DNA of 64,000 nucleotides, taken from positions 4,214 to 68,213 of the forward strand of contig JANOAN010000007.1 of assembly GCA_031411135.1 (NCBI GenBank), given 5' to 3'. Below the pieces are notes generated by a model, which was not told the origin of the DNA, did not search any database, and saw only the letters and a list, made by a program, of their open reading frames with translations. Shown one piece after another: positions 26,046-35,261 of the stretch. Within the stretch, counting starts at the first letter, position 1; the number at the start of each line of letters is the position of its first letter. This stretch comes from a bacterium (GTDB lineage Bacteria; Patescibacteriota; Minisyncoccia; Phycocordibacterales; CAIZLB01). The translations under genes were made by a program, and so were the position numbers.

Positions 26046-29000
26046 TCAATTGGTAGATCTACTCTTTGTTTTTTTCATCCTTTCTAGTGTTTCCAGTATG
26101 GGTGGGTTACTTACTCCATCGGGGATCATGGGATCAGTATCTTCAGGTCTGAGACCCATCACTTCAGGATCCATTAGCCCTATTTCCCATGCATTTTTGT
26201 GTATGAAGGTTTTTTTAACAATACCGTGATTAAAAAATATCTTTGGGGGAAACGATTGCTTATCCCTAATGAAAGATGGTGCAATGAGATAGAAGCCCCA
26301 TTGTTTAAAGCTCTCTATAAAGCCATTCAGGTTATTCAACGATTGTGGGGTCATCGTGTGCGTTCTTCCAGCATTCAACACAAGCTTACCTTTTGAATCT
26401 TTAGGATCACCAAGGTTTGTCGATATCACAAACTTATACCAGAGCGGGTTTGTCTTAGAAAAGCCCATGATTGTTGCCACCCGCATAACATCTTTCTTGT
26501 CCTCTCTACCAAGAAGATCTTTCCAATTCCTAAAAATTGCCTTTGCCTTATCCTCATTAGTAAACATTACAGCAAGTACTGGAGGTTGATCTGGCATAAC
26601 AAGGTAAGCGATGCCCTCCCATCCAGCTTCATCCCAAAGATGCCCCTCGATAATTGAGATATTTTCCATCTGATCATGACGTACAGCCTTTCTATCTTTA
26701 TCATCTTTATCGTCCTGTTTATCTGGATCGTCCCTCAATTGCTTCAGCAGTTCGTGCTTTACCTTGCCAGCTTCAGCTTCGTCATATTCATACTTTTTGT
26801 TTTCATCTGAAATCCATTCTCTGATATCTCTTTTTGGCTTATATCCCAAAACATTACCCTGAACCACCAGCGGTGATGAGAATGTAAACGCTCGCACACT
26901 AACCTCTTCATCTCGGAATAGTTTTTCAAGATCCGTATCTGCATTTCTGAATGAAATTGAGTGACCGATAATATTGACCACCGCACTAAACACATCCTTG
27001 TAGAGGCTTTCCTGCTCAGAACGCTTTAGAGAATGAGGGTTAAAATCTCCACAAGCTATATCAAATGCAATAGCTCCATCTTTTTTCACCTCATGGGAAA
27101 CCTTAACACCTAAAGTATCATCGTTGGTGATTGTGATATTCACGATACCATTGTTTCCGTGCGAATCCACCTCTACAGTTGTTGCCAAAAAACCTTCAAG
27201 AGATGCGAGGATGTATTCTCCTATTTCAATGTTAGGGCTACAGTTTTTTGTTTTAATAATAAAGGTTGTGCCTAAAATAACAGACTTAAGCTCAACTTCA
27301 TCACCCTTATAGAAAGCTGGTACATCTGGTAACTGAGCTTGGCTCGGCTGTGTAAAATGAGAGTCAAAATATTCATCAAGTTCTTCGTCGTTCATTTTTT
27401 CTAACAAAACTTGAGGTAAGGCTTTCTTTCCCCCTAATCGGTATATCAATGCGTGTGCAGCGAGATCTAGATCCATACTCATTAGGGTGTCTGGCAGAAG
27501 CTCCAAGGATGGCAAAACCTCATCAGGAGTTTTAATCAACAACAATCCCAACTGAGCACCATAGAACATGTCATCATGCAGAAGTTTTTCCGCCTCTTCA
27601 CTGGATTTAATGTAGTTAACATTCATCATATGGTTCAACTTGTGCCACTCCAGTGAATAACCCACACGTCCCAAGCGAAGTTCCAACAGACGCAAATGAC
27701 CATAAGATAGCAATTGAAGCTTGGTCACTTCACTGTGCTTATGAAAATCCATAGTCGCATAAGAAGCGGCATGTAACATCGCACTCCTTGCAGCCCAAAG
27801 TAGACCGACCTGCTCATACGCACAGGACAGCTGGGCAAGAGCAATTATTAAACCATCTCGTACCTCATCTTTGTAAAGCGGAACAAGAGATCTTCCTAGG
27901 CAATCAATCGCCTTGTAGTATCGCTTACCCTCAACATGCTGTGCGGCTCGATTTAACAGCACCATTGCAGACTCCGTAGTGCTTTTTCTTTCTGACATTA
28001 CTTCAAGCATTTTGTCTTGAAGCTTTTCAAAGCTAGGCACACCGCTGTAAAAATCATTCATCTCGCTGGTCATTTTGTAGAGCGTGTCCAGTGAGAATCC
28101 GAGAAGACCTTTGGAACGCTCAACTATCTGGAAAAGGTTATTGAAGATTACATCCATTGCCGCCTTGTCATCTCTTGATTCAGGCAGCACTAAAATATTT
28201 AGCAACAACTCAGCATGTAGGGCTGCGCTTGGTTTTGATTCATCGTCTTTAAAGGCTTCGAGTCTTCCTTGCACGGTCTTTTTCTTTTCATCTGCATACA
28301 CTGGATCAACCTTGTCACTAATAACGGACAAGGTCTTTAAAACACTCGCAAGATTACCCAACCTCTCCACCTCAAAAAGATTTGCAGAGTCTTTTGCCAA
28401 GGACTCTATCTCTTCATAGTTGCCGATAAGTGCATCAAAGTCGTCATACCAAAAATACAATGTCCACACTTCATGATATCTGGCATTAAAATACTGTTCA
28501 GAAGTTCCGTATTTCTGAGCAAGCCTCTTTGCACGAGCGAACAAACCATCCACATCCGTTTTAACCTTGTTCATTTCAGCACCGCACAATGCTGAAGACA
28601 GTGCATCATCGACGATTGCAAGATTCACTCTATCTTCCTGTACCGCCTGATCTATATCCTTATTCAAAGCCTCAAATGTTCTTTGTCGCTTCGTATCTTT
28701 AGGTCCTGTGCTGACGACCTCTTTATAAGAATCTCCCATCTTCAATTCAACAATTGCGAGATTCTCTCTCTTATTTGCAAAGATTTTATCAATTATCCAT
28801 GTTCGATCATGTATCGTTACTAGAATCCCGTATTGTTTAGTCAGCTCGTCTTCGACTTTTGCACGCTGATCTGCCTTAATAAACCGACTTGTCACAAAGA
28901 ATACTTTTGTATAACCCCTGTCCGTTCCAATCATCTTTTTAACGTCACCCTCTACCTTCGTTTTCCATTTGACTGTGGTGCTGAAAGCGAACCCTCACCG

Positions 29001-29324
29001 TTCAGTAGAAGTTTTTTCGACTCCAAAATAATAAGTATCTTTGATTGCCTCTGACACTGGCGTAGTTTCTGTGTCGACCTTGCCATCACCACCACCTACT
29101 GGACCAGTTTGAGGTCTTAGGTTCGGCTGAATCTCATGTTCACAAAGCTTTCGAGCAAACTCTTCAAAATCATATTCCTGCTTTCTTGTAGAGAGAGTGT
29201 CCAAGTGATACTCCAATTTCAGACTATCAAGCAGAGGTTCTTTGACCATTCGAGTGTCAGAAAAGCTACCGGGGCGGCGTTGCTGCATAAAGCTCTTTGG
29301 AGAAAAGTTTGAGTCCTCTTTCAT
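26046..29324 (-). CDS. large (~1090-codon) protein with N-terminal Mrr-type PD-(D/E)xK restriction-endonuclease-like domain, interrupted by a single in-frame TGA at 28995-28997
   Basis: The 109-aa ORF (28995-29324) and the 962-aa ORF (26046-28934) share one frame and are separated only by TGA. The Mrr_cat-like motif spans the junction (…FEEFARKLCEHEI…GPVGGGDGKVD…YYFGVEKTSTER*…KVFFVTSRFIKADQRAKVEDE…ILVTIHDRTWIIDKI). The remainder is a helical (TPR-like) region followed by beta-rich domains with no recognisable family. Confidence 0.6.
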
Positions 29325-29599
29325 ATTGCTATTTTACCATTTATATGAGGTTTTTTTAAGCTGATTTTGAGCCACATTAATGCTATAATATTTTCGTTGA
29401 CCCACATAGATTCCCCGACTCTTGCACAGGAGTGTTTTCGTCTAGCTTGCGGATACTGACGGGTAGTTAAGCTGCCACAAGCCAGACCGCCTTTGTGCGA
29501 TTTGGGGAATAGTGGGTCAACCAGTTTGGCTACCCATCTGTATAAATCTATAGTTGGGACCCCTCTCTGATTATTAAATAGTGTTGACCTATTTAAATC

Positions 29600-30031
29600 A
29601 TGAAAAAATACTACGGCGTTTTAATCGCATTGTTGCCATTCATTACTGGCACATATAAAAGTTTGGGTAATTGGTCCAGTTCAGAGGCTATCGGATACAA
29701 CGTATTCAATCTGGCTCTGATCGGTTTCGGTATTTATTATTTCGCAAAGCATTGGTCCGAGAAGAAAGAATCCCTCGAGCTTGCTCAATACGACATTGCT
29801 GTGTTCAAGGCATCTGCTTATATTAAGGAACTTTCGGAGGACACCAAGGAAAATGTAACCGTGAAGCGAGTCGCTATGAACGAGATCGGAAACCTTGTGG
29901 ATCTGTTCAGAAAAAACAGGAGCAAGAGCTGGAAGAGCCAGAAAGATATTAATGAGGTTACCAAGTCGTTAAATGACCTCGTAGAGAGCAACAAGGAGCT
30001 TGTAAAGCAGTCTCGGAATCTCGATATCTAG
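29600..30031 (+). CDS. hypothetical membrane protein with C-terminal coiled coil (143 aa)
   Basis: Two N-terminal TM helices; charged helical tail. Confidence 0.45.
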   Translation: MKKYYGVLIALLPFITGTYKSLGNWSSSEAIGYNVFNLALIGFGIYYFAKHWSEKKESLELAQYDIAVFKASAYIKELSEDTKENVTVKRVAMNEIGNLVDLFRKNRSKSWKSQKDINEVTKSLNDLVESNKELVKQSRNLDI

Positions 30032-30059
30032 CCAGTTCATTTTCGTGAACAATTCCCAG

Positions 30060-30224
30060 TTATTTCCCTGTATTAACAGGGAATGTCTTCCACTGTTATT
30101 TCACAGTATTAACTGTGATGTCGCCGCTGTTATTCCGCATTATTAACAGCAGAGCCTGTAGCAGTTTTCTAGCAGTATTAACAGCTATGGACCAGCGTTT
30201 TTCTAGCGTTATTTAACGTCGCTA
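30060..30224 (+). repeat. iteron-like array: five ~22-26-bp degenerate direct repeats at 33-36-bp spacing, each with an internal dyad around TATTAAC
   Basis: ttatttccctgtattaacaggg (30060); ttatttcacagtattaactgtg (30096); gttattccgcattattaacagc (30129); ttttctagcagtattaacagcta (30165); ttttctagcgttatttaacgtcgcta (30198). Confidence 0.65.
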
Positions 30225-30265
30225 AGGGGGTTTATAAGCAACCATTAATCTGCTACATTTTAGCC

Positions 30266-31132
30266 ATGGGAGGAAGCAAACCTTATGGACCAAGATTCAC
30301 AATTTTGGATAAAGCAAGACTTCTTGATAACAAGAAAGTAAGACCTATTGATAGATCCGATAGGGCTTTTATTGATAATGGAAAGCTTGAGGTGTTTTGG
30401 TCCATTAACAGATTCCGTAACGAGTTCATTAAAAAGGCAGAAGACACTCGAAAAGTTTTAGGTATTGAGGTTCTCGATCCTAAAGAAGATGTTTTGATGA
30501 CCAAACTCGGTCACAAAGGTCGTCTATTTGTTCCAAAAAGGCTCTACGTCGGCGTGAACTCCTCATTCCTGAGTAAGTATCCGAAAACCGCTGAAAACCT
30601 TAGAAAATTGATATATTCGAATGTTTTAGTGCCGCTCAACTGGTCCTACAACTTCTATCCTTTTGTTGAGTATTACATTTTATATGGAAAAAAGTCCCCT
30701 GTGGTATTACAACCTAATCCAATGCAGTTTCAGCTAATCATGAAATATCATCGGGAGCTTGGTAGAAATACGTATACAAAATCCGATATCGCATTTTTGA
30801 AACAACAGGCTGTTATTGAGCGATCAGAAAATCCGAAACGTATCAGAGAAATTGAAACCATTGCTTTAGCAGTAGATAAACTACCCAAACTAAAAAATAC
30901 TGACCGACGACCAAAAAACTTAGCACTAAAGACTGCTACTTTTAAGATATTTGAAAAAATACCTGTAAATGCGAAACCTGCAGAAATAAAGCAGTTTATG
31001 GAAGACAATTTATACAACATCATCGATGAATACAGAGAGGATTACAACCCTGATGAAGATGAGGAAAAAGTACTGCTCGCAAATGTGAAAAGGCTCTACA
31101 AAGAGTATCTAAAACTTATCCCCATGAATTGA
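30266..31132 (+). CDS. hypothetical protein (288 aa); candidate replication initiator or iteron-binding regulator
   Basis: Begins 40 bp downstream of the iteron array. Basic and charged; no recognised motif. Confidence 0.45.
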   Translation: MGGSKPYGPRFTILDKARLLDNKKVRPIDRSDRAFIDNGKLEVFWSINRFRNEFIKKAEDTRKVLGIEVLDPKEDVLMTKLGHKGRLFVPKRLYVGVNSSFLSKYPKTAENLRKLIYSNVLVPLNWSYNFYPFVEYYILYGKKSPVVLQPNPMQFQLIMKYHRELGRNTYTKSDIAFLKQQAVIERSENPKRIREIETIALAVDKLPKLKNTDRRPKNLALKTATFKIFEKIPVNAKPAEIKQFMEDNLYNIIDEYREDYNPDEDEEKVLLANVKRLYKEYLKLIPMN

Positions 31133-31702
31133 TGCTTTTCTTACAATTAACTTCAGGGGTGTTTTTGGCGAGACCTTATACTCAATATTGAGATAAGGTT
31201 TTTCTTTATCTCACAATTACTGGGAAGTAAAAAAGACGTATCAATTTCCTCCCAGTAGTTGATATGTCTTTTTTGCTAAAGAGACACGGGAACAATATTC
31301 GGGTAACGGCAACCTATAAGGCCGCCCTGATGATCATAAAAACAGAAGAACAATCACATTGTTATAGGTTGAGGTCGCAGTGGACGAGGCGACCAAAGAC
31401 TAAAGAGTAATGAGTGTCTGGGGTATCACGAACAACCGCCACAGACATCGCACATAACCTCATTACAAGGGTACACCCGCTCCGTTGTACGTAAGAAACT
31501 ATGGTTGAGATTAATGCGAATACTATCTCAATTTTCGATTCGGATTCACACTGTGGCTCCATACCGAAATAGTAAATCAATGTGGTTAGCCTAGCATTTT
31601 TTGTGCCGGGCTTGTTCTCCTGTTCACCACCCGAAATAGTTAGATAAAAATACGTATGCTTTTCAATAAAAAGGTCGGTAATAAATATAGGCAATTGCGA
31701 TA

Positions 31703-31918
31703 ATGCAGACACTACACAATAAAAACGAACAAGGTACACTGATTGAGTACGGACGACGTGCCCAAGAGTCTTTGTGTAGTAATGCACTTTCTAGAGAAAC
31801 ACTTGTTGCAATTGAAGAACTTGGTGAAATATTAAAAAATATTCATGCTAGATTAGCGTCAGAAGGCTATGAAATCATAGATGGTTGCATACGTAAAAAG
31901 ATGCAGAAACGAGTATGA
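31703..31918 (+). CDS. small protein (71 aa) translationally coupled to the recombinase gene (RDF/accessory candidate)
   Basis: Its stop overlaps the recombinase start in an ATGA arrangement (31915-31918). Confidence 0.4.
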   Translation: MQTLHNKNEQGTLIEYGRRAQESLCSNALSRETLVAIEELGEILKNIHARLASEGYEIIDGCIRKKMQKRV

Positions 31919-33636
31919 AAAAATCAAGTATAAAAACTGAAAAAGAAATCGTAGAAGAAATACTCAAGGGAACTTTCCGTGAGTTTTATTTGATATACAA
32001 CAGAAGAAGCATGGATGAGGCGGAAAGCCAAAAGAACTCCATTTCATACCAAAAAGCAGAAAATACAAAGTTTGCTTTCAGAGAAAGGCTTTCTGTTGCT
32101 CAATTTACAATCAAGGGATTTTTGGCGGACGGTATCATTTCCGAAAGTCACTCTGGTTTTACTGAGGATGACGATGTAGTGATCACAGAAGAAGGTATTG
32201 TTCAATACAGGATTGATCGACCAAAGTTTCTACGAATGCTTCAGTTTGTAAGCCAAGGATACTTCAAAGGTGTTATTTGCCTTTGTTGGGACCGTATCAG
32301 TAGGAATAAGGGTGACGACACCGTTATTCGCAAACTTATGCGTAAAGGTGTTGATTTTCGTTTTGCTTATGCAGAGTATGAAAAGTCTAGTTCTGGTGCT
32401 TTACATATGGACATTGACGGTATGTTCTCTCAACACCACTCACGTGTTACTAGTGAGAAAGTCACTATATCTACACGTAACTCGAGGGAAAAAGGTATTT
32501 GTACTTACCGTGCTCCTATTGGTTATCTCAACGAGGGAAAGATGGAAGAAAAACCTCTGGATCCATTTCGTGCACCTGTAATCAAGCAAATGTATGAGTA
32601 CTATGCGACAGGTGACTGGAGTTTGTCAGACCTAGCTCGTTACGCAAATGAGCAGGGCTTTACGACTGTACCAATGCGACGAAGACGAACGAAAGAAGAA
32701 ATGCTTGCCGAAGAAGATGAGTTTGATGAAATTGAAAAGACTTCACGTCCCATAAATGAAAACCATATCAGCAGAATACTCACAAACCCTTTCTATACTG
32801 GGAAAGTCCTCAATTCAGAGGGTAAATACATACCGAGTAATAGCCATCAAGCTATTGTAACCAAAAAGCTATTCGAGGATGTGCAGGCTGTGCTCAAAAA
32901 GAAAAAAGTGATCGTTCATTATACCGAAAAATTGGACCAACCACTCCGAGGTATCGTACGTTGTGAACATTGTGGACGTGTATACACCCCTTACACAAAG
33001 AAAGGTATCCAATACTACAATTCTCGATGCGTAAATGGATGCTCGAACACACTTAAGAACTTTAACTTTGATTTTATTGATAAGAAGATAGGTGATCTTA
33101 TCACTGGCTTACATTTTACTGATGAAGAAATCGAGCAGATGGATGCTCGGGCAGGTACTGAGATTGCTTTGCTCGAAGAAAGACGGCACAAGACACTGGA
33201 CCAAGTTGAGAGAAAGAAGAAAAAGATACGTGAGGATCTTGCGTATCTACGTTCAAACAAAATACCTCTTTTGAAATCGGGTGTATACACTCCAGAAGGT
33301 TATGTTGCTGAAGAAACCAAGCTTGATAGTGAACTTTCAGAACTAAAAAATAGTGAAGATGTTTCGGACATCGCAATGCACGAAACTATGAAAGACGTTC
33401 AAAAACTTTCAGAACTCGTTAAAAACGTTGCAGCATATTATCAATTCGCCAAACCACACGAAAAAGAGCAGATTGTTCGTGTAATCTTTTCAGAACTTTC
33501 AATTTCCCAAAATACGTTGCAATTTAAGTGTAAAAAAGGATTTGAGTGCTTCGAGAATCGCTTTCTTGCTATTTGTGACCCCACAGAGAATCGAACTCTG
33601 ATTACTGCCTTGAAAAGGCAATGTCCTAACCGTTAG
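31915..33636 (+). CDS. large serine recombinase (resolvase catalytic domain + recombinase domain + zinc ribbon + coiled coil)
   Basis: 573 aa; N-terminal YLIYNRRSMDEAESQ (serine-recombinase R-x-S…Q catalytic region); zinc ribbon CEHCGRVYTPY…CVNGC; long C-terminal coiled coil. Confidence 0.8.
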   Translation: MKKSSIKTEKEIVEEILKGTFREFYLIYNRRSMDEAESQKNSISYQKAENTKFAFRERLSVAQFTIKGFLADGIISESHSGFTEDDDVVITEEGIVQYRIDRPKFLRMLQFVSQGYFKGVICLCWDRISRNKGDDTVIRKLMRKGVDFRFAYAEYEKSSSGALHMDIDGMFSQHHSRVTSEKVTISTRNSREKGICTYRAPIGYLNEGKMEEKPLDPFRAPVIKQMYEYYATGDWSLSDLARYANEQGFTTVPMRRRRTKEEMLAEEDEFDEIEKTSRPINENHISRILTNPFYTGKVLNSEGKYIPSNSHQAIVTKKLFEDVQAVLKKKKVIVHYTEKLDQPLRGIVRCEHCGRVYTPYTKKGIQYYNSRCVNGCSNTLKNFNFDFIDKKIGDLITGLHFTDEEIEQMDARAGTEIALLEERRHKTLDQVERKKKKIREDLAYLRSNKIPLLKSGVYTPEGYVAEETKLDSELSELKNSEDVSDIAMHETMKDVQKLSELVKNVAAYYQFAKPHEKEQIVRVIFSELSISQNTLQFKCKKGFECFENRFLAICDPTENRTLITALKRQCPNR

Positions 33637-33712
33637 ACGATGGGGCCATATTTGTCCCAAAGAATATAACATTTTTTTGGAAAAAGGCAAAAAAGAGGTA
33701 TATAATTAGCAT

Positions 33713-34192
33713 ATGAAAAACACCACACTACTTTTCCTAATTAAAAAAACAGATAACAAAATCAGTGACATTTGCCTTGCTATGAAGAAGCGCGGATTCG
33801 GGGCAGGTCGTTGGAATGGAGTCGGTGGAAAGCTTTCAGATGGTGAATCGATCGAAGATGCAACGAAGAGGGAAACCAAAGAGGAAATTGGTGTTGATAT
33901 TTCATCAATGTCCAAAGTAGCAGAGCTCGCATTTTCCTTTGCCAACAATCCTGACTGGAATCAACTTGTTCATGTTTTTACAACTACTGAATGGAGTGGA
34001 GAGCCAATTGAAAGTGAAGAGATGCGACCACAATGGTATCCTGTTACAGAAATTCCTTTTAAAGACATGTGGCCCGATGATATATTTTGGCTTCCAAAAG
34101 TCTTGAATGGGGAATTAATTAAGGCAGCGTTTACTTTTGGAGAAAAAGATGCCATTTTAGATCAGAAAGTTGAAACAGTAGAGTCTTTATAA
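33713..34192 (+). CDS. Nudix hydrolase
   Basis: Canonical Nudix box GGKLSDGESIEDATKRETKEEIGV (GX5EX7REUXEEXGU). Confidence 0.8.
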   Translation: MKNTTLLFLIKKTDNKISDICLAMKKRGFGAGRWNGVGGKLSDGESIEDATKRETKEEIGVDISSMSKVAELAFSFANNPDWNQLVHVFTTTEWSGEPIESEEMRPQWYPVTEIPFKDMWPDDIFWLPKVLNGELIKAAFTFGEKDAILDQKVETVESL

Positions 34193-34206
34193 TACTATTG
34201 CCCTAC

Positions 34207-34279
34207 GGGCGATTAGCTCAGTTGGTAGAGCGCAACATTGACGTTGTTGATGCCAGAGGTTCGAGTCCTCTATCCCCCA
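34207..34279 (+). tRNA. tRNA-Val (anticodon GAC)
   Basis: gggcgattaGCTCAGTTGGTAGAGCgcaacaTTGACGTtgttgatgccAGAGGTTCGAGTCCTCTatcccccA: cloverleaf with D-arm, anticodon loop ttGACgt and T-arm GGTTCGAGTCC. One C-C mismatch in the acceptor stem (position 4:69). Confidence 0.8.
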
Positions 34280-34285
34280 CAGATT

Positions 34286-35200
34286 TTACGCATGCAAATG
34301 ATTATATATATCCTCCAGTGCCTTAACAGCATCTCCCGCCGCAATATTATTTTGATGATACAGTCCGTCAGTGCAATCTCCAGCAGCCCAAATCCCCGGA
34401 GTTTTTGATTCCTGCGTTTTCGGATCAACAATGATTTTTCCAATTGGATCAAGTTCAACAATATCCTTTACAAAATCAGTACTTGGAATCAATCCAATTT
34501 CAACGAATATTCCTGTGACAGGAAGCTCTACTACCTGATCTCCAGTTTTATATGAAAAACTACTTACAAATTTGTCACCCTTAACCTCATGTGGAATTGC
34601 ATTTCTAATAGCTTTAACATTTGGTTTAGATAAAACTTTCTCAACTGTGACTTCATCTGCTCTAAACGTGTCACTGCGATTAACAATGGTCACGCTTTTA
34701 CAATAGGCAGCCAATTGTGCCGCACTTTCAAAAGCTGCATTTCCCCCACCTACTACTACGACATCTTGATCTTCGAATAGGGGGCCATCACAAGTGGCAC
34801 AATATGTCAGTCCCTTATTATCAAATTCTTCCGCACCGGGAACTTCTAGTTTTCTTCGGCGACTTCCTGTAGTGATCAGAATAGTTTTTGTTTCAAATGT
34901 TTCGTCTTTTACAGTGACAGAAAATCCTTTTCCATTTTTCGTGATTTTAGAAACCAGTGCACCTTCCTTTATATCTACAATGTCACCAGCATAAGCACGT
35001 AAATGTGCCTCCAAATTTTTTGAAAGTTCAGCACCAGAAATTTTCACAGTCCCAATCCAGTTTTCAATCCCTTCGGAAACTGTGCTTTGGCCTTCAAAAT
35101 TTTTCGTAATAAAAAGCGTTTTAAGTTTCTTTCTGCTAGCATAAACTCCTGCTGCTACTCCTGCTGGACCTCCTCCGATGATTGTTAAGTCGTATGTCAT
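34286..35200 (-). CDS. trxB: Thioredoxin-disulfide reductase
   Basis: N-terminal FAD motif IIGGGPAGVAAG; redox-active CATCDG; NADPH motif VVGGGNAA. Confidence 0.85.
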   Translation of the reverse strand: MTYDLTIIGGGPAGVAAGVYASRKKLKTLFITKNFEGQSTVSEGIENWIGTVKISGAELSKNLEAHLRAYAGDIVDIKEGALVSKITKNGKGFSVTVKDETFETKTILITTGSRRRKLEVPGAEEFDNKGLTYCATCDGPLFEDQDVVVVGGGNAAFESAAQLAAYCKSVTIVNRSDTFRADEVTVEKVLSKPNVKAIRNAIPHEVKGDKFVSSFSYKTGDQVVELPVTGIFVEIGLIPSTDFVKDIVELDPIGKIIVDPKTQESKTPGIWAAGDCTDGLYHQNNIAAGDAVKALEDIYNHLHA

Positions 35201-35261
35201 AGTTTGGATATTCTAGCATAAATCAAAAAAACCTCCGATTCTGAAGGTTTTTTTGTTTATA

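Larger units (their letters stand above)
24170..33700. mobile_element. putative integrated element/genomic island (serine-recombinase type); boundaries approximate
   Basis: GC-richer block between core genes (YggT/YdeI on the left; Nudix-tRNA-Val-trxB-ftsZ on the right). Contents: SAM methyltransferase, giant Mrr-like nuclease-domain gene, iteron array plus Rep-like ORF, a small ORF translationally coupled to a large serine recombinase, and a tRNA gene about 570 bp beyond the recombinase. Confidence 0.4.

Noticed and set aside
31362-31787. 141-aa minus-strand ORF upstream of the recombinase
   Set aside because: Implausible composition. It overlaps the better-supported ATGA-coupled 71-aa plus-strand ORF and a region rich in repeat motifs that is more likely regulatory or att DNA.
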